Origin: the human T2T-CHM13v2.0 reference genome, Homo sapiens
Direction of reading: 5' to 3'
Assembly (NCBI GenBank): GCA_009914755.4
Contig: CP086569.2
Location: forward strand, 11,104,001 to 11,168,000
DNA: 64,000 nt
Below the pieces are notes generated by a model. It was not told the DNA's origin and did no database searches. It was given only the letters and a program-made list of their open reading frames with translations. The position numbers and the translations under genes were made by a program. Every line of letters starts with the position of its first letter. Within the stretch, counting starts at the first letter, position 1. This document shows, piece after piece, positions 52,877-64,000 of this stretch.

Positions 52877-53671
52877 TTATTCATTTCACCATTCCATCCA
52901 TTGCATTGCATTCCATTCTATTCTGTTGCATTCCATTCCTTTCCATTCCATTCCATTTCATTCCTTTGCATTGCATTGCATTCCATTCCATTCCATTCTA
53001 TTCCGTTGCATTCCATTCCATTCCTTTCCATACCATGCTAATCCATTCCATTCCATGTCATTCCAGTCCACTCCACTTCACTTCTCTCCATTCCATTCCA
53101 TTCAATTCTCTTCCACTGAACACCGATCCAGTCCACTCCACTCCACTCCACTCCATGGCATTCTTTTCCGTTCCATTCCATTCCACACCACTCCATTCCA
53201 TCCCACTCCATTTCCCTCCATTCAACTCCACTCCACTCCATTCCTCTTCTCTCCATTTCACTACACAAAATTTCACTCCATTCCTTTCCATTCCATTCCG
53301 TTCCACAGCACTCGGATCAACTCCATTCAACTCCACTCCACTCCACTCCACTACATTGAATTCCATTCCGTTCTTTTCAGTTCCATTCCACTAAATTCCA
53401 TTACACTCCACTCCCTTCCACTCCTCTCCATTTCAATCCATTACATTTCATTATATTCCGTTCCACTCCACTCCACTCAACCCTCCACTCCAATCCATTC
53501 AATTCCACTCCACTCCACTCCAATCCATTCCATTCCAATCCATACCACTCCGTTAAACTCGACTCCATTCCACTCCACTCCATTCCACTTCGTTCCATTC
53601 CATTCCATTCTATTCCACTCCATTCTTCTCCTCTCCATGCCATTCCATTTTCCTCCATTCCACTCCATTCC

Positions 53672-53735
53672 TTCATTTTGACTGGATCCCAATCTGTCAC
53701 CCAGACTGGAGTGCAGAGGTACAATCTTAGTTCAC
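53672..53735 (-). mobile_element. Alu 3'-end fragment, variant A
   Basis: cttcattttgactggatcccaatctgtcacccagactggagtgcagaggtacaatcttagttcac. Confidence 0.8.
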
Positions 53736-54518
53736 ATTTCATTTCTTTCTATTCCATTCCATTCCTTTCCACTGCATTCCTTTCCCTTCCTCTCCATTCC
53801 ATTCCATTCCACTCTACTCCACTCCACTCGACTACACTTCATTCCATTCAATTCCACTACCCTCCATTCCATTCCATTCCACTCCTTTCTACTACACTCC
53901 ACCACACTACACTCCATTCCATCACATTACATTCCACAGCACTGGTATCCACTTCAATCAACTCCACTCCACTCCACTCAGTTGTGTTCCATTCCCTTCC
54001 CCTCCATTACATTCCATTCCACTCCACTCCATTTCACTCCATTCCACTCCATTCAACTCCACTCATCTCCACGCCATTCCACTATATTTCATACCATTCC
54101 CCTTCATTCATTTCAATTCCATTCCCCTCCCTGCCACTTCTTTCTACTCCGCTCCATTCCACTCAACTCCATTCCGCTCCATTCCATTCCTTTCCACTCC
54201 ACTTCACTCTATTCCACTCCAATCCATTCCACTACACTACATTCCATTCCATTCCACTATAATCCGATCCACTTCACTCCACTCCACTCCTCTGCACTTC
54301 GTTCCATTCTTTTCTGTTCCCTTCTGTTTCATTCCGTTCCATTCCGCTCAATTCCATTCCACTTCACTCCATTCAATGCCACTCCATTTCAATAAATCCC
54401 ACTCCATTTCAATAAATTCCACTTCATTCCTCTCCAATCCACTCCACTCCACTTCACTCCACTTCATTCCATTCCACTACACTCCATTCCATTCCGTTTT
54501 ACTCCTTTCTATTCCATT

Positions 54519-54583
54519 CCTTTATTTCGACTGAGTCTCACTCTGTCACCCAGACTGGAGTGCAGTGGCACAATCTTAGCTAA
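54519..54583 (-). mobile_element. Alu 3'-end fragment, variant A
   Basis: cctttatttcgactgagtctcactctgtcacccagactggagtgcagtggcacaatcttagctaac. Confidence 0.8.
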
Positions 54584-55424
54584 CATTTCATTTCACCATT
54601 CCATTCCATTCCATTCCATTCCATTCCATTCCATTCCATTGCATTCCATCCCACTCAACTCAACTCCACTGCATTCCATTCCACTCCCTTCCATTCCATT
54701 CCATTCCATTCCAGTACAGTCAAGTGTAATCGTATCCACTTCACTCAACTCCACTCCACTGCACTCCGTTCCGTTCCATTCCATACCATTCCTTTACATT
54801 CCATTCCATTCCACCCCACTCCATTCCATTCCACTTCATTAAAATGCATTACACTCCAATCCACTGCACTATACTCTACTTCATTCCACTCCATTCCATT
54901 CCATTGTACTGCACTCTGATCCACTCCACTCATCTCCACCCCACTGCACTCCCATCAACTCCATTCCAATTTGTTCCATTCCATTCCATTCTCTTTCATT
55001 CCATTGCATTCCCCTCCACTCCATTCCACTCCACTGTATTTCACTCGTTCCTCTCCTTTCAACACCACTCCACTCCAATCCACTCCACTCCATTCCACTC
55101 CATTCCATTCCAATCCACTCCATTCTATTCCTCTGCAGCCCACTCCATTCTATTGCACTCCATCCCATTCCACTCCAATCATTTCCACTCCACTTCATTC
55201 CAATTCACTCCATTCCACTCCACTCCATTCCAGTCCACTCCAATCCCTTCCAATCCACTCCACTCCATTCCAGTCCACTCCATTCCACTCCTTTCCACTA
55301 CATTCCATTCCACTCCACTCCATTCCAGTCCATTCCATTCCACTCCACTCCATTCCATTCCATTCCATTCCATTCCATTCCATTCCATTCCATTCCATTC
55401 CATTCCAATCCATTCAATTCCATT

Positions 55425-55490
55425 CCTTTATTTCGACTGGACCTCACTCTGTAACACAGACTGTAGTGCAGAGGCCAAATCTTAGCTCAG
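55425..55490 (-). mobile_element. Alu 3'-end fragment, variant A
   Basis: cctttatttcgactggacctcactctgtaacacagactgtagtgcagaggccaaatcttagctcag. Confidence 0.8.
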
Positions 55491-56804
55491 ATTTCATTTC
55501 AATATTCTATTCCACTTCATTTGATTCCATTCCATTCCATTTTATTCCACTCGACTCCACACCACTTCTATCGACACCATTTCATTCCACTCCATTCTAT
55601 TCCATTTCACTCCATTCTATTCAACTCCATTCCACTACATTACACTTCACTCCATTTCACTCAACTGCATTCCACTACTCTCTACTCCATTCCAATTCAT
55701 TCCATTCAATTTCACTCCATTCCTTTGCACTCCACTACATTCCACTCCACTCCATTTCACTCCACTCCACTCCATTGCCCTCCACTCCACTCCACTCAAT
55801 TCCAATCTACTCCACTTCACTCACTCCATTCCATTCCACTCCATTCCATTCCATTTCACTCCATCCCATTCCACTCCACCCATTCCATTCCACTCTACTC
55901 CAGTAGACTTAACTCTAATCCACTCCACTTCACTGCACTCCGTTCCATCCCAGTCCATTCCATAACATTCCATTCCGTTCCATTCCTTTCCATTCCACTG
56001 CACTTTGATCCACTCCACTCAACTCCACTCCACTCCAATCCACTCTGTTCTGTCGCATTCCATTCCATTCTTTTAGATTCCATTCCATTCTGTCGCATTC
56101 CTTTCCATTCTGTTAGATTCCATTCCATTCTGTTCAATTCCATTCCATTCCACTTCACTCCATTCCATTCCAAGCCATTCCACTCCATTCCGCTCTACTC
56201 CCCTCCAATCCATTCCACTCCACTCCACTCCATTCCATTCCATTCCCAACCATTCCACTGAACTCTGATCCACTCCACTCAAATCCACTGCATTCTACTC
56301 CACTCCATTTTGTAACATTCCGTTCTGTTTCAGTCTGTTCTATTCCATTCTGTCCAATTCCATTCCATTCTGTTCCATTCCATTACATTCCATTGCATTC
56401 CACTGCAGTGTGATCCTCTCCACTGAATTCCACTCCACTCCAATCCACTCCACCCTGTTCCGTTCCATTCCATTCCATTCCAATCCATTCCCTTCCATTC
56501 TGTTCCATTCCAATCTATTCTAATCCACTGAATTCCATTCCACTCCACTCCACTGCACTCCACTCCAATCCACTGCACTTCATTCCATTCCATTCTTTTC
56601 CATTTCATTCCATTCAATTTCACTTCATTCCATTGCATTCCATTCCACTCCATTCCATTCCATTACCCTCCACTGCACTCCACTCCATCCAACTCCACTC
56701 CATTCCACCGAACTCCATTCCACTCCACTCAATTCCACTCCACTCCACTCCATTCCATTCATCTCTGCTCAATTGCGTTCCATTCTACTACATTGCCTTC
56801 CCTT

Positions 56805-56869
56805 CCTTTATTTCGACTGGATCTCACTCTCTCACCCAGACTGAAGTGCGTGGCATAATTTTAGCTCAC
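56805..56869 (-). mobile_element. Alu 3'-end fragment, variant A
   Basis: cctttatttcgactggatctcactctctcacccagactgaagtgcgtggcataattttagctcac. Confidence 0.8.
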
Positions 56870-57068
56870 ATTTCATTTCGTCCTTCTATTCCATTCCATT
56901 ACATTCCATTTCACTCCATTCCATTCCACTGCATGCAACTCAATACCACTCCATTCGGCTCCACTCCATATCACTCGACTGTATTCTACTCCACTCCACT
57001 CCATTCCACACACTTGCTTTACAATCCAATCCATGCCATTCCCTTCTACTCAATTCCATTTCATTCCT

Positions 57069-57131
57069 CTATTTTGACCAGGTCTAACTCTGTCATTCAG
57101 ACTGGGATTCAGTGGCACAACCTAAGCTCAC
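57069..57131 (-). mobile_element. Alu 3'-end fragment, variant A (diverged)
   Basis: ctattttgaccaggtctaactctgtcattcagactgggattcagtggcacaacctaagctcac. Confidence 0.7.
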
Positions 57132-57835
57132 GTTTTCTTTCACAATTCCATTCCATTCCATTCCATTCCATTCCATTCCATTCCATTCCATTCCACTCCA
57201 CTGCACTCCAATCAATTCCATTCCACTCCACTCCATTCCATTCCAATCCATTCCATTCCACTGCACTCTGATACACTCCATTCAAATCCACTCCACTCCA
57301 TTCCACTCCGTGCTGTTCTGCTCCATTCCATTCCATTACATTCCACTCAATTCCAGTCCACTCCACTCCACTCTACTCAAGTCCACTCTACTCCACTCCA
57401 CAGCACTCCTCTCCACTCCACTCCATTCCAGTCCATTCCACTCCACTCAACTCCATTCCATTCCACTCTATTACATTCCATTCCACTGCACTCCGATCCA
57501 CTCCACTCAACTCTAATCCACTCCACTTTACTCCACTCCGTTTTTTTCCATTCCATTCTGTTCCAATCCATTCCATTCCATTCCATTCCATTCCACTCCA
57601 TTCCATTTAATTCCACTGTACTCCAATCCACTCCACTCCACTCCATTCTATACCATTCCATTCCACTTTACCCCGGTCAACTCCAGTCAACTCCACTCCA
57701 CCCCACTCCATTCCTTTCCAGTCCGTTCCATTCCTTTCCACTCTACTCCATTTCACTCCACTCCATTCCACTCAACACCATTCCACTCCACTCCATTCCA
57801 TTCCATTTCATTCTACTCCATTCCATTCCTTTCCA

Positions 57836-57898
57836 TTACTTCCACTGGATCGCACTCTGTCACCCATACTGCAGTACAGTGGAACAATCTTAGCTCAC
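57836..57898 (-). mobile_element. Alu 3'-end fragment, variant A (5' part diverged)
   Basis: ttacttccactggatcgcactctgtcacccatactgcagtacagtggaacaatcttagctcac. Confidence 0.75.
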
Positions 57899-58255
57899 CT
57901 TTCATTTCACCATTCCATTCCATTCCATTCTATTCCTAACCAATCCACACCACACAACTCCACTGAATTCCACTCCAGTCCGTTCTTTTCCGTTCTATTC
58001 CATTCCGTTCCATGACATTCCATTCCGATTCATTCCATTTCATTGCAGTCCACTCCATTCCACTGCACTCCACTCCATTTCATTCCACTCCATTCCATTC
58101 CACTACAGTCCTTTCCACCCCATTCCATTCCATTCCATTCCATTCCAGTCCATTCCATTCCATTCCAATCCATTCCATTCCATTCCATTCCACTCCATTA
58201 TACTCCATTCCTCTGCACTTCATTCCAATCCATTCTACTCTATTCCATTCCATTC

Positions 58256-58320
58256 CTCTGTTTCGACTGGACCACACTTTGTCACCGAGATTGGAGTGCA
58301 GTGGCACAATCTTAGCTCAC
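58256..58320 (-). mobile_element. Alu 3'-end fragment, variant A
   Basis: ctctgtttcgactggaccacactttgtcaccgagattggagtgcagtggcacaatcttagctcac. Confidence 0.8.
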
Positions 58321-58566
58321 ATTTTATTTCATCATTGCATTCCACTCCTTTCCATTTCATTCCATTCCATTCCATTCCATTCCACTCCACTCCACTCCAT
58401 TCCATTCCACTCCATTCGATTCTATTCTATTCCATTCCAGTGCATTCCACTCCATTGCACTCCACTCCAATTTTCTCCACTCCATTCCACTCCACTCCAC
58501 TCCATTCAACTTCATTCCATTCCACTCCACTGCATTCCAAACTTTTCTACTCCATTCCACTCACTT

Positions 58567-58631
58567 GCTTTATTTCCACTGGATCCCACACTGTCTCCCA
58601 GAGTGGAGTGCCGTGGCACAATCTTACCTCT
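58567..58631 (-). mobile_element. Alu 3'-end fragment, variant A
   Basis: gctttatttccactggatcccacactgtctcccagagtggagtgccgtggcacaatcttacctct. Confidence 0.75.
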
Positions 58632-58878
58632 CATTTCTCTTCACCATTCCATTCTATTCCATAGCATTCCACTCCACTCCATGCCAGTCCAAGCCACTCC
58701 CATCCACTCCACTGAAGTCCACTCGTCTCCATTCCACTCCACTCCACTGTATTCCACTCCATTTCATCCCACTCCCCTCCCTTCCACTCCACTCCATTCC
58801 ACTCCACTCCACTTCATTCCACTCCATTCCATTCCACTCCACTCTTTTCCATTCCATTGTACCCCATTCCATTCTATT

Positions 58879-58942
58879 CCTTTATTTCAACTGGATCTCA
58901 GTGTGTCACCCAGAGTGGAGTGCAGTGGCACAATCTTAGCAG
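58879..58942 (-). mobile_element. Alu 3'-end fragment, variant A
   Basis: cctttatttcaactggatctcagtgtgtcacccagagtggagtgcagtggcacaatcttagcagc. Confidence 0.8.
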
Positions 58943-60368
58943 CATTTCATTTTGTCTTTCCATTCCATTCCATTGTTTTCCTTTCCATTCCACAGCATTC
59001 CAAAACAATCCACTGAAGTCCACTCCACTTCTCTCCTCTCCACTCCATTCCATTCCATTTCGTTCCATTCCATTCCACTCCACTCAACTACTTTCCACTC
59101 CATTCCATTCCATACCACTCCATTCCTCTCCATTCCTATCCACTCCACTCTGCTCCAGTCCTCTCTATTCTACTCCAATCCTCTCCTCTCCACTCCCTTC
59201 CACCCCACTCAACTCCATCGCATTCTGTTCCGTTCAATTCCGTTCCATTCCATTACACTCCATTGCATTCCACTCCATTCCACTCCACTCTACTCCACTC
59301 CTCTCCCTTCCATTGCATTCCATTCGAGTCCATTCCAATCCATTCGACCACATTCCATTCCACTCCACTCCATTTCACTCCACTCCACTCCATCCCATTC
59401 CATTCCACGCCATTCCATTCCATTCCAGTCCATTCCATTCCACTCCATTCCACTCCAATCCACTACAATATACTCCAATCCACTTCATTGCAGTCCACTC
59501 CACTCCACTCTACTTCACTTCACCCCAGTCCTCTCCATTCCATTACACTCCACTCCATTCCATTCCATTCCATTCCACTCCATTCCAGTCCATTCCATTC
59601 CACCACAGTATGCTCTATTCCATTCCATTCCATTCCATTCCACACCAATCCACACCACTCTAATCCATTCCATTCCATTCAATTTCACTCCACTCCACTA
59701 CACTCCATTCCTCTCCAATCCATTCCAATCCACTGAACTCCACTCTACTCCACTCCACTTTACTCCACTCCACTCCTCTTCACTCCTTTCCATTCCACTC
59801 CACTTCACTCCACTCCACTCCATTCCACTCCATTTTATTCCACTGCATTCCACTCCACTCCATGTCATTCCATTCCACGCCACTCCATTTCACTCCACTC
59901 CATTCCTTTCCTTTCCATCCCATGCTATTCTGCTACACTCCATTTCACTCCATTTCATTCCACTCCATTCCTCTTTATTTCATTCCATTCCACTCCAGTG
60001 CACTGCATTCCACTCCACTGCACTTCTTACATTCAATTACATTCCATTCCACTCAATTCCTTTCCACTCCACTCCAATCCACTCCAATCCACTCCATTCC
60101 ACTCCCCTCCACTTCACTCCACGCCACTCCACTCCAGTCCACTCCACTCCACTCCATTCCACTCCATTCCACTCCACTCCATTCCATTCCATTCCACTCC
60201 ACTCAACACCCCTCCACTCCTTTCCACTCCACTGCACTCTACTCCTTTCCACTGAACTCTACTACGCTCCACTCCACTCCATTTCTTTCCATCTGATTCA
60301 ATTCCACTTTTTTCCACTCCACTCCAGTACATTCCATTCCATTCCATTCCATTCCATTGCATTCCAAT

Positions 60369-60434
60369 ATTTTCTTTCGACAGGATCTCACTCTGTCACC
60401 CATGGTGGAGAGCAGTGGCACAATCTCAGCTCAC
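60369..60434 (-). mobile_element. Alu 3'-end fragment, variant C
   Basis: attttctttcgacaggatctcactctgtcacccatggtggagagcagtggcacaatctcagctcac. Confidence 0.8.
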
Positions 60435-61022
60435 ATTTCATTTCCCCTTCCATTCCATTACGTTCCATTCCGTTTCATTCCATTCCATTGCATTTTCCTT
60501 CATTCTATTCCATTCCACTCCACTCCACTCCACTCCATCCACTCCATTTCATTTTATTACACTCCACTCAATTCCATTCCACTCCACTGCACTCCATTCT
60601 ATTCCACTCCACACCACTCCATTGTATTCCACTCAACTCCACTCCATTACAATCCACTGCACTCCATTCCATTCCACTCCACTCCCCTCCATTCCAATCC
60701 ACTCCACTCCACTCCCTTCCATTCCATTCTATTTCACTCCATGCCACTCCATTCCATTCCACTCTACTCCACTCCACTCCACTCCAATGCATTCCTCTCC
60801 ACTCCACTTCATTCTACTCAACTCCTCTCCTCTCCACTCTACTCAACTCTGCTCCACTCCTCTCCATTCCATTCAACTCCATTCCATTCCACTCCACTCC
60901 ACTACATTGCATTCCATTCGACTCCACTGCACTCTACTCCACTCCACTTCATTCCATTGCATTCCACTCCACTCCATTCCATTCTATTCCATTCCATTGC
61001 ATGCCATTCCATTCCATTCCAT

Positions 61023-61088
61023 TTCTTTCTTTCAACAGGATCTCACTATTTCACCCTGGCTGGAGTGCTGTGTACAATCTCAGCTAAC
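61023..61088 (-). mobile_element. Alu 3'-end fragment, variant C
   Basis: ttctttctttcaacaggatctcactatttcaccctggctggagtgctgtgtacaatctcagctaac. Confidence 0.75.
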
Positions 61089-61728
61089 ATTTCTTTTCAC
61101 CATTCCATTTCATTCCGTTAAATTGCATTTAATTCCACTCAACTCCACTCCACTCAAATCCACTGCATTCCACTCCACTCCATTCCATTCGGTACCACTA
61201 CTCTCCAATCCATTCCACTCCACTCCACTCTATTCCACTCCTCTTCACTCCATTCCACTCCACTCCACTCCATTCCTCTGCACACCGTTCCATTCCATTA
61301 AGTTCCATTCCATTCCACTCCACTCCATTCCACTCCACTCCATGGCATTTCACTCCACTCCACTCTATTCCATTGCATTCCACTCCAATCCTTTCCATTC
61401 TACTGCATTCCACTACATTCCTTTCCTTTCCTCTGCACTACACTGCATTCCACTCCACTCCACTTCATTCCACTCCAATTCACTCCAATCCACTGTATTC
61501 CAGTCCACTCCATGATACTCCATTCCACTCCACTCCACTTCACTCCATTCCACTCCACTCTATTCCAATGCACTCCACTCCCGTCCACTCATTTCCACCC
61601 AACACCACTCCACTCCATTCCATTCCCCTCTACTCCACTCCATTCCACACCATTTCATTCTGTCCCATTCAATTCTATTCCTTTCACTCCACTCCACTCC
61701 ATGCCATTCAAATTCATTCCATTCCAAT

Positions 61729-61794
61729 ATTTTCTTTAGACAGTATCTCACTCGGTCACCCATGCTGTAGTGCAGTGGCACAATCTCAGTTCAC
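61729..61794 (-). mobile_element. Alu 3'-end fragment, variant C
   Basis: attttctttagacagtatctcactcggtcacccatgctgtagtgcagtggcacaatctcagttcac. Confidence 0.8.
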
Positions 61795-61940
61795 ATTTCA
61801 TTTCCCCTTCAATTCAATTCTATTGCATTTCATTCCATTCCATTCCTTTTTGCTCCACTCAATTCCATTCCACTCTACTCTACTCCACTCCTCTCCCATC
61901 CACTCCGTTCCATTTCATTCTACTCCATTCCATTCCATTA

Positions 61941-62004
61941 CTTTCTTTTGACTGGATCTCCCTTTGTCGCCCAGACTGAAGAGCAGCGGCACAATCTTGG
62001 CTGA
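61941..62004 (-). mobile_element. Alu 3'-end fragment that retains two ancestral CpGs (gtcgcccag, cagcggcac)
   Basis: ctttcttttgactggatctccctttgtcgcccagactgaagagcagcggcacaatcttggctgac. Confidence 0.8.
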
Positions 62005-64000
62005 CATTACATTTCTCCACTCCGTTCCATTCCATTCCACTATATTCTATTCCACTGTACCCTATTCCATTCCATTCCAATCCACTCCACTCCACTCCAT
62101 TCCATTCCATCTCCTTGTATTCCGTTTCACTGCACCGCACTCCAACCTAAGCACTTAACTCCACTCCACTCCACTCCTCTCCAATCCATTCCATTCCATT
62201 CCACTCCACTTCATTCCATTCCAGTCCACCGATTCCACTCCACTCCACTCCACTCCAATCCATTCCATTCCCCTCCACTCCATTGCATTCCACTCCACTG
62301 CACTAAATTCCATTTCACTTTTCTCCAATCCATTCCATTCCATTCCACTCCACTACATTCCACTCGAATCCACTCCACTCCTCTTCACTCTGCTCCACTC
62401 CATTCCATTTCACTCCATTCCATTCCACTACATTCCACTTCATTCTATTCCACTCCACTCCACTCCATTCCATTCCACTCCACTCCATTCCATTCCACTC
62501 CTTTCTACTCCATTCCACTCCACTCATTCCATTCCAATCCAATCCACTCCACTCCAATCCACTCCACCCCACTCCATTACACTCCATTCCACTTCATTTC
62601 ATTCCACTCCATTCCATTCTATTCCACTTCCATTCCATTGTATTCCATTCCACTACACTCCATTTCACTCCATTTCACTCCACTCCATTCCTCTCCATTC
62701 CATTCCATTCCACTCCACTCCCCTCCATTCCGTTCCTCTCCACTCCACTCCATTCTGTTCCATTCCATTCCCTTCGATTAAATTCCATTCCATTCCTTTC
62801 AACTCCACTGCATTCCATTCCACTCCACTTTTCTCCATTCCATTCCAATCCACTCTACTCCACTGCACTCCACTCCACTCCATTCCATTCCACTTCATTC
62901 CACTGCACTCCACTCCTGTCCACTCCATACCATTCCATTCCATTCCACTCACCTGCACTTCAGTCAACTACACTCCACTACAGTCCATTGCATTCCACTC
63001 CACTCCACTCAACTCCATCACATTGCACTGTGTTCCATTCCATTCTACACGTTTCCACTCCACTCTATACACTCCATTCCATTTCATCCCATTCCACTCC
63101 ACTCCACTCCATTCCACTCCATTCCACTACACTCCACTCTACTACACTCCATTTCATTCCATTCCATTCCACTCCATTCTACACCACTCCACTCCACTCC
63201 TCTGCACTCCTTTCCATTCAACTACACTCCACTTCATTGTTCTCCTCTCCACTTCAATCCACTCCATTCCATTCCATTCCACTGCACTCTATTCCACTCC
63301 ACTACTCTCCCATCCATTCCATTCCACTCATTTCCTTTCCATTCCACTCCTTTCCCGTCCACTTCACTGCACTGCCCTCCGTTCCACTTCACTCTGCTCC
63401 ACTGCACTCCACTCCATTCCATTGCACTCTATTCAATTTCACTTCATTCCACTCCAGTTCACTCCATTCTATTACATTCCATTCCACTCCGCTGCATTCC
63501 AGTCCACTCCACTCCACTTCATTCCACTCCATTCCATTCCAGTCCACCCACTCTACTCCATTCTATTCAATTCCATTTCATTCCGCTCCACTCTACTCAC
63601 TTGCATTCCACTGCTCTCCACTCCACTCCTTTGCACTCCACTTCACTCTTCTCCATTCCTCTCCACTCCACTTCACTCCCTACCATTTCTCTCCACTCCA
63701 TTTCATTCCACTCCACTGCACTCACTTGCATTCCACTCCACTTCACTCCAATCCATTCCATTCTACTCCACTACATTTCACACCACTCCACTCCTTTCTA
63801 CTCAAATCCAATCCATTCCACTCCATTCCATTCCACTCCACTACAGTCTATTCCAATCCACTGCACTCCACTCCATTAAACACTTTTCCATTCCATTCCA
63901 TTCCATTTCATTCCATTCCACTATATTCCATTCAATTCCATTGCATTCCAATCCATTTCATTCCATTCCATTCCATTCACTTCCATTCACTTCCTCTCCA

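Larger units (their letters stand above)
41018..64000. repeat. Human Satellite 3 (HSat3) array, block 2, same polarity as block 1.
   Basis: Same ccatt/ccact pentamer structure and the same embedded Alu-fragment marker as block 1. Confidence 0.93.

Noticed and set aside
776-62004. Recurrent peptide motif SPRLECSGTISAH / VTQTGVQWHNLSSH in many ORFs, which might suggest a conserved domain
   Set aside because: It is the translation of the embedded antisense Alu fragment, the well-known Alu-derived pseudo-peptide. Its conservation reflects repeat copy identity, not selection on a protein.
41018-64000. The same class of repetitive ORFs in the second HSat3 block (e.g. 58952..61087, 711 aa)
   Set aside because: Same pentamer-translation artefact.
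1-64000. Possible alpha satellite or CENP-B box, since centromeric context was expected
   Set aside because: There is no 171-bp periodicity and no CENP-B box-like 17-mer. The window is pericentromeric or acrocentric classical satellite only.
1-64000. The prompt's suggestion that an undescribed biological system, such as a gene cluster or defence system, may be present
   Set aside because: The whole window is tandem satellite DNA with no credible coding sequence, promoter, RNA gene or operon-like organisation. The interesting content is structural: the inversion, the junctions and the fossil Alu marker.

Overview
The window is constitutive heterochromatin, almost certainly human or hominid pericentromeric or acrocentric-short-arm satellite DNA. 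It contains no genes and no candidate 'biological system'.

Layout:
- Human Satellite 3 (HSat3), 1 to about 20,183. On the + strand this reads as (CCATT)n/(ATTCC)n, i.e. (GGAAT)n on the minus strand.
- Beta satellite (BSAT), about 20,184-41,017: a 68-bp Sau3A-type monomer, roughly 306 monomers.
- HSat3 again, about 41,018-64,000, in the same polarity as the first block.
- Both HSat3/BSAT junctions are abrupt.

Inside the BSAT array, a 4.6-kb segment (about 29,409-34,043) is inverted. Both breakpoints sit on short inverted repeats, which is the signature of a fold-back junction. A single-monomer micro-inversion lies about 380 bp beyond the distal breakpoint.

Both HSat3 blocks carry at least 54 copies of the same roughly 60-65 bp fragment derived from the 3' end of an Alu element. 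The fragment is in antisense orientation, its CpGs are decayed, and one copy keeps a poly-T (A-tail) remnant. It recurs every 0.2-2.5 kb, which points to one ancient Alu insertion that was amplified along with the satellite repeat. The fragment comes in three sequence variants that occupy different sub-domains. One variant is always followed by a (GCATT)n-type tract.

Local higher-order repeats and recent tandem duplications are visible in both satellite families.

Every ORF in the six-frame track is an artefact of pentamer or 68-mer periodicity and none is a real CDS. ATTCC read in frame gives IPFHS, GGAAT gives MEWNG, and the recurring 'SPRLECSGTISAH' peptide is the antisense Alu fragment translated.

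The chromosome cannot be assigned from sequence alone. Adjacent HSat3 and BSAT arrays are typical of acrocentric p-arms and of 9q12, 1q12 and Yq.
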